Shown one piece after another: positions 1 to 11,307 of a stretch of DNA of 64,000 nt; position 1 is the stretch's first letter, and every line of letters begins with the position of its first letter. Below the pieces are notes generated by a model. The model made no database searches and was not told the DNA's origin. It saw only the letters and a program-made list of their open reading frames with translations. Source of the DNA: Microthyrium microscopicum. Lineage: Eukaryota. The stretch lies in NCBI GenBank assembly GCA_010405405.1, contig MU004231.1, positions 1,619,784-1,683,783 of the forward strand. The letters run 5' to 3'. A program made the position numbers and the translations under genes.

Positions 1-1584
1 TTTTAATATATTTACCTCCTTAGCCATTAGCCTTTACTAATAAGCCTTCCTATATTAATTTCTAGTTAAACTCCTTTGTTAGATCGTACATATCTTATAT
101 TAGTCCTTCTAAAGGTAAGGATGGATAGATTATAATAATAGCAGTAGTAATAGCCGCTATAGTTATAGTATTACTTACTATCTCATTATGCTTATAAGAT
201 ATAAAGTTCATATTATCGTAATATAGGACAGCCTAATGGTTTAGTACACGTCGTCTAATATTTCTCTATATCTTAGGCGTTAGCAATACATAAGTTCTTT
301 CAAGGTTATAAACTTAAGATTTTTAAAGATCTTATAAGATATACAAAGATCTTATAATATATTTAAAGATCTTATAACGTATTTAAAGATCTTATAATAT
401 ATTTAAAGATCTTATAAGATCTTATATTTAATACTAAGCATAATACCATTACATACTAAGGCTTGTCTCAAAACCTTCTTCATATGCCTTAGTACAGTCT
501 TATAACTAGTATATACTCTAAGAGCTGCTAGCAAGTCTATAACCTATCTCTTTATACCCAACCTAAGCAAATAGACACTAAGCGTTGCTACTAAATAGTT
601 ATTTGTCTCTCTACTTCACTAATAAAGAATAATTACTATAATTATATATATAAGCTTCTATCCTAGCTTATCACTCTATTTATATATCTTATAGTCCTAA
701 TTGCATATAAGTTTATAAAAGAAGGCTATCTAAATAGGTACAGTATTCCTTATCTTCTTAATAGCTTTCTTAAAGTCAATGTTTATACTATCTACTCTAC
801 TACTAAAGCGATTAAAACCTATAAGTTTTATAAGGGCGTGAAACTCTATCTATAGTCTAGAATTAGTATAATACTCTAGCAAGATCCTATTACTTAATAA
901 CTCTTCTATAACGTCCTTTAAAAGCGTACGGCAAGTAGTAACATTAGCATATAGGTTACTATCAAGAACAATATTACTATAATTATCTTTTTAGCTAGCC
1001 TACGATAAAAGAAACGATTTTATAGTTATCTTCTAATCTTAAATACATTTTAGTATTATAGTAAGCTTTTGTTTAGCCAAATTTAGGCTCTACCGTAGTG
1101 TTATCATCGCCGCTAGTTATGAACAACCTAATAGTTCAGCATTATTAGGCTTATATTGAATCCTACTTAAGGTATTCCCAAGATCTATTATGGTTATCAT
1201 ATTGCTAAAGATATATAAATATAGACTCTTTATTATTATAGAGATAAATCTACCTTTACTACTATTATTACCAAAGAAAGGTACGTCTAGCCTATATAGA
1301 AATTGGGTTATCTCTATAAGACCCTCCTCTACAACGCGTACTTCTAATAGGAGGCATAATTTATAGAATTAATAGAGAAAAAGACAGTAATTGTAATGAT
1401 AGTAGAATTATTAAAAATATATATATATTAGTAGCGAGGACACAGTTGTAATAATATAGGCATTTACTAACAACCACGAAGCGCGTCGTACTAAAAAGGT
1501 CCGAGTTGGCCTTAGACCCTCCTGCGGAGGGAGCCCGCGGACAGGCAGGGTTAGGGTCTGAGAACTGAGATAAGGTCTAGGCTA
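1..1584 (-). mobile_element. RIP-inactivated DNA transposon relic encoding a DUF6589-like (probably Academ-type) transposase; runs off the left edge of the window
   Basis: Very AT/TpA-rich. Minus-strand translation retains degraded motifs '..SRETNNYLVATLSVYLL.LGIKR*VIDLLAAL.VYTSYKTV' (~480-630) and 'YDNMNF..HNE...AITTA....PSLP.EGL.*DMYD' (~80-230), which I recall from fungal DUF6589 proteins. Stop codons are RIP-type. GC-richer terminus reads TAGCCTAGACC on the minus strand from 1584. Confidence 0.6.
321..426. repeat. 20-bp tandem repeat (~5.3 copies, consensus ATTTAAAGATCTTATAANAT)
   Basis: Directly visible copies at 321, 341, 361, 381 and 401. Lies in a putative minus-strand intron (GTATGT donor ~456; GCTAAC..AG acceptor ~272) of the transposase relic. 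Confidence 0.9.
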
Positions 1585-2761
1585 GTTTTGTCTAGTCTCG
1601 TCTTCACTTTTGACTCTGAATTCTCTAAAGACGAGAAAGGAACGGACGACAAAGTGTAGAATAGAGGCAGGTCCAACCAGATGAAAACTGGCAGGTGCAA
1701 TAGACAGCAATTGGCAGGGTCGACTGATGGTTCTTGCCTTGCTTGTTAGACTGGTCGTGACTGCCAGATGGTGATCTCTGAGTATCAATTAATTGCTTCA
1801 CCACTTCCTAGTCGGGATAGCGGCCAAGTAGATTAACTCCCTTGATAGTTGATACAGTATTTTCTCTGAATCTGCATCATTCATCAGTCCCTCTAGCTCT
1901 ATCAGGCTTCGAATAGAGCATGTAAGGAGTACAACTTACCTAACAGCTGTTGACTGTCTTTCCCCAGACTCGACTTGTCAAGTTCTCATGCACTCCAGAA
2001 TGGCCAAAGCTAATTCTGCACCTTCAGATCAAAATGCGATCAGCCAGCACAACGACGTCACAAACTGCAAACCAATGCTTAGAATAGCTATGAATGTCTG
2101 TAGTGATGCAACCAACCCCTCATTTCTCTCTTCAAGGTCCAGGAAGAGCCCTCTTTTATCTATGTCCCCATCAATTACCCTGCCAAACTCATCTATCAAA
2201 CGCTTTCATCCGGCTTCATTTGGTCGGATCGTGCACACGATTGACACAATTGCCTCCAACAGCTTTTGCAAGGAGCTCGATCCAAGGTTCGTTGATTGTG
2301 GCGCTTTCAAACGGTTAACAACTCTCCAATCCTCCAATCACATTTTGGATGGCGGCGACGGCTGTCTTCATGCCTTGCAGAGCACGTTTTGGGCGTTTTT
2401 ACATCCCTGCCACACCCAAGTGCTGGCCAATCCGATTTGCCGTCCCCAGCCTTTTGCCCATCCTGTTCCAGTTTGGTCCCGTCTTGTCTCCCAATCTAGA
2501 CATGCTATCCGATCTTTAATGTTCACATTAGCGATGTCTCCGACTTGTTCCTTTGTCTGCTTCAATTCTTTCGTTTTACGGGATATGATTTTCTATATCT
2601 GCATTGATTCCTTGCAGCCTCAGCGTTGCTTTTGACACGACCATTCTATCCGTTCCGATTTGCAAAGTTTGCTTCCACACCACGAAAACATGCCCTCATC
2701 CGATATCTTCGCTTACGTTAAAGCTTGCCTTGAAGCCGGATGATATTCGTTTGTGGTTGTA

Positions 2762-5700
2762 TCTCTGCTGCGCGTTCTGTCATTGACAGGGCAAAATCTG
2801 GCCTGTTGATTTAGCTACAGGTCTAGGAATCTAATTAGGAGAGACCCTAGACTAGAGGAGTATGCTATAGTGTAAATTTATATAGTAGCGTGCTTAGCGG
2901 TCCTATATATTATTAAGAATAATATATCTTAATATTTAACTTTATATATTCTTAGTATTATTTAAACCCTTAGATCTTGCTTATTCTAATTAATATCTTT
3001 ATTTTGTCTCTTTCTATACTTTTTATTATAAGTAAATACATTAATTAATTTAAACGCCATTAGGTATAAGATATAATTCTTTAAGAATTTTTACTTTATA
3101 AGATTATAGGTACTCTAGAATATTCTTATTAAATTATTACTTACTAGCGTAAAAAGCTTAAAATAACTACTTTATTTAATACTATTAGTATAGTTTAATA
3201 AAGGCCCTTAATTAATTTTTTAAAAACTATTATATTAGTAGAATATCTAATATTAAAGCTTAATTCTACTTAATTTAAAATAGTAGAATACTTAATGGAT
3301 ATCTTTAATGTTAAAGTAAGCTATAATATAGTATACTAAGCGCTAAAACGTATAAAATAGACTAAAAAGAGGGTAAGTAATTACTACTATTATTATAACT
3401 TTATTTAATTAATTCTTATTATATTTATACTAAAATAGTACTATAATATAACTATTTAATAGTCCTTATAGCTCTAACAAGAATTTTATAACGAAATAAA
3501 TAATTATTATTTAGATTAGATTATTTATATAGATAAATACAACGTAAGAACTAGCTATTTAGCCTATAAGATAGAATAAAGCCTAAAAGGCATAGAATAT
3601 ATTATATTCTTACTACTTTAGAGCTCTAAGAAGTAGAATATATTACTAGTATATACTATATAAAGGATTTTAGTAATAGATTTATATTAATATAATACTA
3701 ACGATAAGGGATTTACTTACTAGTATAAATATAACCTAATTCTAGAGTATTCTCCCTTCCCTACGCCTAGGAATTTAGTTATTATAATAAATAACGCACG
3801 CTTTTACTAAGCTAAAGATCTAAGGGCTCTTTTTAATTATTTTAGTATTTAACTAGTATTCTTACCTCCCTATAGCCTTAATTTTAATCCTATTAAGTAA
3901 TTATTTAGTAATTTAAAGAAATAGCTTTAATTAAATAATAGGCTTTATTAAAAAGAAAGATAAGAAGATTAGCCCTTTAAAGAATATCTTAAGTTAGAAT
4001 TAAAGAAACTTAATACTAGCTAGTAAGTAATAAAGTACTTTAGATATAGTAAATTTAATATCTAGTAATAGCTTATAATTATCTTATTCTATCTAACTCT
4101 CTTCTATAAGTTATTTAGCTTCTTTTTAAGCCTAATCGTACTATTTCTTAATCTAAATAATAAAATAGCTTATAGCGTTCTTCTTAATATTAGGGTTAAT
4201 AATAGTAAAGACCTTAATATCTTTTTTTACTATTACTTAACTAATTCTTATATACTTATTTTAATAAATATTTAGAATTAACTTTACCTATTTAAATTAA
4301 GACGTCTTAATACTTATACGATAAGATAATTACTCTTTAAATATTTTTAACTCTTTATTAGGATTAAAAATAATTAAATTTAATAGTATACGTAGTAGTA
4401 GATTACTAGTACGTAGAATATTAATATTTAGAGTTATAATATTAACTACTAGCTCTTTTACGCCTATAGCTACTATAGCCTAAATATTTACTAATGTAAA
4501 GCTAAAATATAGGTTATTACTATTAAAGTGCCCTAAATCGTTCTTATCTTTACTACTATGCTTACCCTTAGAATAAGAATTCTTATTAAACTATTTACTA
4601 GTGCTAAGGGTAAAGATCTCTATTAAAATCTTATTTAGAAGGCGTTTATTAAAGCTCTCTTAAGGCTTCATAAAACTAATAATATTAGCCTAATGGCAAA
4701 GGGTTCCTAAATTAATAACTAGGTACTAGTTACTACTTCTAATAACGTAATAATATTCCTTAAGCTTTATTATAGAATATATTAGTTTATAGTATCTATA
4801 AGTACTAGATAATATACTATAAGTATTAGTATTATTATAGAGTTAATTCTTAGTAATAATAGCATTAATTTTAGCATTATTAGTATCTTTTTAAGAGTTA
4901 TTTTAGGCCTCTAGTTCTTTTAGCATCCTAGACTCTTTAAGGATACTATTAGCTTTATTTACTATCTATATTATCTTCTATTTAAGTATAACTAGCTTAA
5001 ATAGTATAGTACCTATTTTAGAATAGTTAAAGAAGCGTTTTTTAACTTTTGCTAGTTCTTATTTAATATCTAATCTATCCTTCTTAAAAGTAAATAGCAT
5101 AAATAGATTCTTACTTATTTCTTTAATAGAAAGTTAAAGATATATCTATATAGACGTTATTAAACTTAGAAGATAATATTATTTTTTAGTATACTAATTC
5201 TTCTACTTTAGAGCTTCTTTCTAACTATTAGAAAGTATTATAAATACTTCTATAGTTATCTTATTTAGTTAAGGCTTATTTCCTTTCTTTTTAATATTAT
5301 ATTTACTAATCTTAGCAAAGATAATTAGTATTAGCTTACTATTAATTTAAATTAGCGTAATTAAACTATCTCCTAATTATAATAGTAGCTCTAGAACTTA
5401 AGATATAGTTAACTTATTAAATTTAAGCTATTAAGATTTCTAGCTAGCGTTTATCTTATTATTTATCTCTTCTATATGGCTAATTAAAGAGCTAGGAATT
5501 ACTATTAAAGAGCTTTAATTTTAGCTCTATATTAGACTTTTAATAAGTATCTAAAAGATATAGATATCTTAAGATACTATAGAAGCCATTCTTAGAATTA
5601 GAGCATTATTTTAGCCTATTTTATTTATAATCTAAGTAGGTATATTTACTAGCATCTTAAGTATTAATTTATTAATCTTTTTCCTATAGGTAGAGCGTTA

Positions 5701-6084
5701 AGTAGTAATAAGATCTAGATCTACCAATATAGGGCGTTTACTTAATATAATTATTAGGAATAACGATAATAAGGTTATTTGTTAATAATTTAATAGGAAT
5801 CTAGCTCTTTTAGGCTTTTAAATAGTATAAAGATTAATTATTTATAATATATCCTTAGTAAGGAATTCTTACTCTAAAATCTATATATTTTAGCCTATCT
5901 TTAGATTACTAGAGAGCACTATAAAACTAGTATTACTTTATAGCTACTAATAGTCTAATCATATATAAATCTATATACTAATATACTCCTTGATCTCGTC
6001 GTACGATCTAATTAGATTCCTAGACCTATAGCTAAATTAACAGGCTAGATTTTGCCTTGTTAATGACAGAACGCGCAGCAGAGA
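2762..6084 (+). mobile_element. Full-length RIP-inactivated Tc1/IS630-superfamily DNA transposon (DD34E), 3323 bp
   Basis: 77-bp TIRs at 2762-2838 and 6008-6084 differing only by transitions. TA duplications at 2760-2761 and 6085-6086. + strand relic 'IIINNARFY...FLPPYSLNFNPIK' restores to (M)DNARFH...LPPYSPDFNPIE with 34 residues between D (3790) and E (3895). Confidence 0.93.
4070..5830 (-). pseudogene. RIP-degraded second gene of the Tc1-like element, convergent with the transposase; function unknown
   Basis: Long minus-strand frame broken mainly by TAA/TAG stops. Blocks match the equivalent region of the 53.1-56.5 kb element (e.g. KEYY..., K.NAI.YF, FNPNKE, NKYIR). Boundaries approximate. 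Confidence 0.65.
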
Positions 6085-6738
6085 TATTGATCTTCGCAGT
6101 AAGGGATTAGACATGCAAGCTGACTGGTAGTACTGTATCAACTTCGAGATTGAGACAGTCTTGTTCTCTGTGAAAAGCTCTCACCAAACATATGATAGTG
6201 CAAAGCTCGGCACCGACTTGTTTTACTGCTCTTTGTTAACAATAATGGCTCAAGATCTCATCACAAATGGCATGCAGTGGCCAATCCAAATATTCTACTG
6301 CTTTCGACTCTCCCTTACTGTATGTTTTTGTAAGCCTCAATTGATATTGACAGTCACCAATATGTAGCTTCCTTAGAATCATTTCAACGTAGCACTTTTA
6401 TAGTGTATATTACACTGTGCGCAGGTTTGAAAGAGCCTCACCTGAAAACTCAAGACTGCAAGCGCTGGGATATAAAATGAAATGGTACATATCCTGCGCG
6501 CTTCTTGACTGGCAGGGAGGCGACTTGCATGGTGCTACGAGAGCCTATCTGTACGAGCCTCCAACCTCTCCTAGTCTACTCTATATCAGCTTACACGACT
6601 TGACTCCCAGCAACCACTTATCACAGACAACACAACATCAAAAAAACATACCCCTTTCTCACAAATACAACAGCCAAACCAAGACATCCCTCCTATGCTA
6701 TCACGACCCATCCAGACCATCAACTCTTCACCCCAGTA

Positions 6739-8622
6739 ATGAAGCTCATCAACACCACCACCCTCCAAATAACCGAGTTCTTCGACCGCAACGTGCCCCC
6801 TTACGCAATTCTCAGTCATACCTGGATAACCGACCAAGAAGTAACCTACCAAGAACTCCTCGCCTCCACCGCCACCCACAAAACCGGCTATCGCAAAATC
6901 CAACAATGCTGCGCCCAAGCACTCACCGACAACCTCCACTGGGCCTGGGTAGATACCTGCTGTATCGACAAATCCTCCTCCGCCGAACTCACAGAAAGTA
7001 TCAACAGCATGTTCCGCTACTACGCCGAAGCGCAAATCTGCTACGCCTACCTAGCAGATGTACAGGAAAGTGGCGACATGGTAGTGCTTGAGGATGCGTT
7101 GGAGCAAAGTCGTTGGTTCACAAGAGGGTGGACGTTGCAGGAATTGTTGGCGCCGCAGAAGTTGTTGTTTTATTCGCGGGATTGGAAGGCGTTGGGCGGG
7201 AGGGAGAAGTGGAGACATCATATTGCGCACATTACGAAGATTCATGAGGAGGCGTTGAGGGGTGGTGCGGTGGCGTGTAGAGAGTTTAGTATTGCGCAGA
7301 AGATGAGTTGGGCTAGTGGGAGGCAGAGCACGCGGGATGAAGATAATGCGTATTCGCTGCTTGGCTTATTTGATGTACAGATGCCGCTCCTTTATGGGGA
7401 GGGGACGAAGGCGTTCATAAGGCTGCAGGAGGAGATTATGAAGAGCTCGGATGATCAGAGTATATTTGCGTGGGAGTATGATGTTGGGGCGAGTGGGAGG
7501 AGTGCACAGTTGTTGAGTTTGTTGGCGAGTTCGCCGGATTGGTTTCGTGGGTCGAATATTGTGCCGTTTAGGAGCTGGAAGACTAGTAAGCCGTATGCCA
7601 TGACAAATGCTGGGCTGAAGATTACGGGACTTGTGGGGACGACGGGGACGCCGTATAGTGCTGGGACGGGAAGAGTGTTGTGTTTGTCGGTGTATGACAT
7701 TCATCAGTCGGGGTTGACGATTGGAGTTTCGTTGAAGCAGTTGTCGCCTGGTGGAGATCAGTATGCGAGATCAAACAGCTCGCTTTTCAAGTCTGGATCG
7801 GCTAGACTGCGAAGGCCGGACTTTTGGTCTACGATGAAGATATATGTGCGTAAGGAGATCACACTGCCGTCCAAGCATGAAGAGGAGGAAACTGGGAAGG
7901 CAATGTCATTCCATCTTAATGTCCCAAAAACACCATGGTTGACCGTGGACGTGCGACAAGTCTGGCCTATGGAGCAATGGACGCGACATAGCTTAATTCA
8001 CTTGATTCGTGCGCCGTTCTTCGACCAATCTGTTGCAAACATCGACAACTGGAGTTGGCATGTAGCGGCGATAATATCAATCAACATCACTTGGGACATG
8101 TGGCAGCCGAATGAAGCTGTGCCGACAGTTTCCTGGAGCGAAGAAAGGCCTTGCATCCTCTTTATAGGCTACAATGGCCGGTTCGATCGCTGCTGGTGCG
8201 CTCTGCGAGAAAACGCAGAATATATTCCCCTGGACGATTTGGCAGAGAAGTACTGGAATGATTATTCAGGAAATATGACATTTCCGACTGCATCGCTTCG
8301 ACTGCATCGTAAAATCGCAAAAGAATCAGAAGAAACGGCTCCTAACGATGATTCTGTGGCCGTTGAGGTCAGTCTACATCTTGACGATGGTGTGCCCATA
8401 TTTGGTGAAGTCAGCCAGCGTTGGCTACGGAAGCCGATCTCAGTGGTGGTCAAATGTCGCTTCAATAGAGACCCTGGGGAAGACGATACGATACAGACAA
8501 GTCTTGTTCATCCACGTGTACTTGCCGAGGGATTAATGGTGCAGCAGCCAAAGATAGAACTATATCCTCGGTTCTTTACCACAGAAACGGGTCAAGAAGA
8601 TTACCAGGAAACCCGTCTGTGA
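6739..8622 (+). CDS. HET-domain (heterokaryon incompatibility) protein with uncharacterised C-terminal region
   Basis: Single-exon 627-aa ORF with YAILSHTW, WVDTCCIDKSSSAEL.ESINSMF, WFTRGWTLQELLAP and MPLLYGEG motifs. Confidence 0.93.
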   Translation: MKLINTTTLQITEFFDRNVPPYAILSHTWITDQEVTYQELLASTATHKTGYRKIQQCCAQALTDNLHWAWVDTCCIDKSSSAELTESINSMFRYYAEAQICYAYLADVQESGDMVVLEDALEQSRWFTRGWTLQELLAPQKLLFYSRDWKALGGREKWRHHIAHITKIHEEALRGGAVACREFSIAQKMSWASGRQSTRDEDNAYSLLGLFDVQMPLLYGEGTKAFIRLQEEIMKSSDDQSIFAWEYDVGASGRSAQLLSLLASSPDWFRGSNIVPFRSWKTSKPYAMTNAGLKITGLVGTTGTPYSAGTGRVLCLSVYDIHQSGLTIGVSLKQLSPGGDQYARSNSSLFKSGSARLRRPDFWSTMKIYVRKEITLPSKHEEEETGKAMSFHLNVPKTPWLTVDVRQVWPMEQWTRHSLIHLIRAPFFDQSVANIDNWSWHVAAIISINITWDMWQPNEAVPTVSWSEERPCILFIGYNGRFDRCWCALRENAEYIPLDDLAEKYWNDYSGNMTFPTASLRLHRKIAKESEETAPNDDSVAVEVSLHLDDGVPIFGEVSQRWLRKPISVVVKCRFNRDPGEDDTIQTSLVHPRVLAEGLMVQQPKIELYPRFFTTETGQEDYQETRL

Positions 8623-9118
8623 TGGATGCCACATTCTGAGACCCATACAGTGACCCTAGGTCGATATAATTCCACGACACACATAAAAAACCATATGGGA
8701 ACGTTCCGACAGTCACAATCGCATGCTGAAAAACAGGTTTACGTTACCGATGACAGAAGAGTACGATGGAACAGCATTTTCAAGCTTAACGAGGGCTTGC
8801 AAGTTCGGATATCTTTGTTGCACTTTGGTCCTTAAAGCGCGCCGTGCATGTACCCTCCTGCACTCTTCCTAGAGTCTGAAAATGAGGAAGAGGCAAGCGA
8901 GATGCAGGAGGCCGTCTTGAGGTCTTCATGAAATCTCACTTCAAAACTTGGAACTAGATGCTCTAGCTTGATGGTATAATCACTATGAGTAATCCTTCAC
9001 CATGAATAAGAACGGCACTTAGATTGTAAGCGAAATGCAAAGTCAGACGAACACAGTGTGCTTGCAGGATTCGAGGCAGAATTATGTCCTCCCAAGAACG
9101 TTCGCAAGCTTAATGTAA

Positions 9119-10854
9119 CTAAGAACTACAATTTTGTACCAAAGAACCAGCGCTTAGAACTTTCTTGAAAACAAGATCACATCTCTCAGATGTAGGTCTG
9201 ATAACCACAGCCTGGATCGGGCTCATGTCTTCTGCTTTGGCGCCCTTGCACAGCTCGACAGCAGAGTCTCGAAGAATCTCCGCTACCATGAGCTTGATCT
9301 CAATAAGAGCAAGACTATCAATACCAAGTGATCAGCTTACTATCTTTGTGTCATACGTTTTGGGGTGGGGGCAAGCAGGAAAAGAGGTAATGCTGAGAAA
9401 ACCAGGACTTACTTCATTCCAATGCAGGTTCGAGCCCCAGTTCCAAATGGTATCCACGCATTCTTCATGTTCTGCACTGCAACTTCATCCGGACTTTCCC
9501 ACCGCTCTGGTCGAAACTCATCCGGCTTCTGTCCGAAGACAGTTTCGCTGCGTTGCAAAGAATAGGCCTGTATACCCAAGAGAGTACTGCCAGGCAGCAC
9601 AAAGCTCTTGCCCTCGATTATGAGAGCCGCTGTCTCGTTGCCTGGGATATATCTCTGTTGCAAACTACCAGGTGCAGGCGGGTTTAACCGCAATGACTCG
9701 AGCACCAGAATGTTCAGATACGGCAAGGCACACACAGTCTTGAAATCCAACGGCAAAGGCAACTCAGCAAGCTCCTTGCGAAGCTTGTCTTGATGAATGC
9801 GATTTTCGGGTAGAGCAAGCGTATGAAATATATAGATGAGAGAAGCTGCGGTCGAGTCGGCGCCTATCGTCCCAGAGGTTAGTCCACACCTATGCATAAC
9901 GTTTTCAAGAGTTTGCTCACCAGCTGCTACATGGTCGAAGCATTCACTCAAGACATGACCTGGAGTCAAAGTCTTTCCATAGCCTGGCTGCGATTGCATG
10001 CAAGCCACTGCCGTTTTGTCCGCGTCCTTGTTGATCCCAAGATCATTGACTTTCTCAATTTGACACCTATTGAGAGCTTCGAGTGAATCTCTAGCCTGCA
10101 TGGCGCTCTTCATGAAGTTGGGAAGAAGAAAGCTGAATGGCCAAACGCTCAGCAACTCCCATAGCCAAAGGAAGCGAACGAACGGAACACTGGCAATAGT
10201 TGTGTGCTTGATATCTTCAGCAGCCACGAGATTCTTACCCCGGAGAAGATCGAAACTTTCTCCATAGACCATTTGGGACACATTATCGAGCGCAAAATAG
10301 GTAGCCAGGGGATAGATGTCAATAAGGCCCTCGTTCTTGTCACTAATCAAATTCTTGATAAGCTGAAGTCGTTCTCTCAAGGATTCCATCAAGGCAACAT
10401 TGTTTAACTGCGCCGCCATGGAATATACTTTCGAGACTTGTCTTCTCCTTTCCTTGTGCTCTTCCCGAGTTGTTGACGAGAAAGCATTTGGAAACCCATA
10501 ATTTGCAAACAAGGCTGCAAATGGGGGCTTTGGAAACGTTGAGCGGACTCCGTAAATGACTGATAGCTGCTCAGGGTCTTGTACGACAACTTCTTGGGGG
10601 CCAACGCGGACTATGGGACCGTATTTGTCGTGTAGAGATTTGACAAGCTGTATTCCATTTTCTCTGTAGTATCGGCTGTTGATGTAGAGAGAGGTCAGGG
10701 CCGCGATCTTGGGACCAGGAACATGTCTCAACGGACTAACAAACAAAGGGTAGACCAAGAAACGATATATGAAGATGAGTGTAAGAACTAATGCGCCCAG
10801 ATATGGAACTCGGGAAGAAGTGATAGATTGCACTAGAAGTGATGATTGAGACAT
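9119..10854 (-). CDS. Cytochrome P450 monooxygenase (3 exons)
   Basis: N-terminal TM and PGP hinge, I-helix AGADST, ESLR (ExxR), PERW, heme motif PFGTGARTCIG. Introns 9864-9920 (in-frame) and ~9315-9412. Last exon ends in TAG at 9119. Confidence 0.93.
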
Positions 10855-11307
10855 GACGAAAGTGGAAAAAATCACCCAGAGTAGTGTAATATGTGATTGC
10901 TAATTTCAGTCATCAAAGACATACTGCCAATCTGAAAGCGCCCGCGGACTCTTTGGCTAATAAATGGAGATCGGTATGGATTGATGTGGTCTTGATACGA
11001 TAGCCTAGCCTCATAGGGGCATATAACCGCCATTGCTGGGGTGTACGACTTTGATTCGATAGCGAAACGACTAGGAAGCCGAAGTTGACGTATCTGTATC
11101 TTTGAGATAAATATTCAGAAAAATATCCCATATAGCCTCGTTGGCCGTTTACTAACGCAGATGTCAAGCGGAAATCAATAAGTTATTCGCACGATCCATG
11201 AACGTTAGTGAAACTCCATATACTTACCCATATAGACGAGTTATGTATACAGTAAGTACTTGGCTCATTATTTGTTTCATTTTAAAGTGACGGCCAATGG
11301 GTCAACG

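Noticed and set aside
321..426. CRISPR-like array
   Set aside because: Head-to-tail repeats with no unique spacers, in a eukaryotic context.
1512..1585. Hairpin plus CTAG as a Helitron 3' end; TTAGGG at 1551 as telomeric
   Set aside because: The coding relic is not Rep/helicase-like and points away from this end, and there is only a single TTAGGG.
1585..2759. ORF 1988-2635 (215 aa) and overlapping short ORFs between the two transposons
   Set aside because: No recognisable motif. Rejoining the flanks across the TA insertion site gave no long frame. Possibly a decayed gene, but unsupported.
4070..5830. Second transposon gene as a Fanzor/TnpB nuclease
   Set aside because: No CxxC zinc finger or RuvC motifs could be reconstructed in either element.
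6417..7704. Alternative-frame and antisense ORFs over the HET gene, with a C/A-rich to G/T-rich skew switch
   Set aside because: Shadows of codon bias in the real gene. Similar skew is seen in PWP2 and the questin-oxidase gene.
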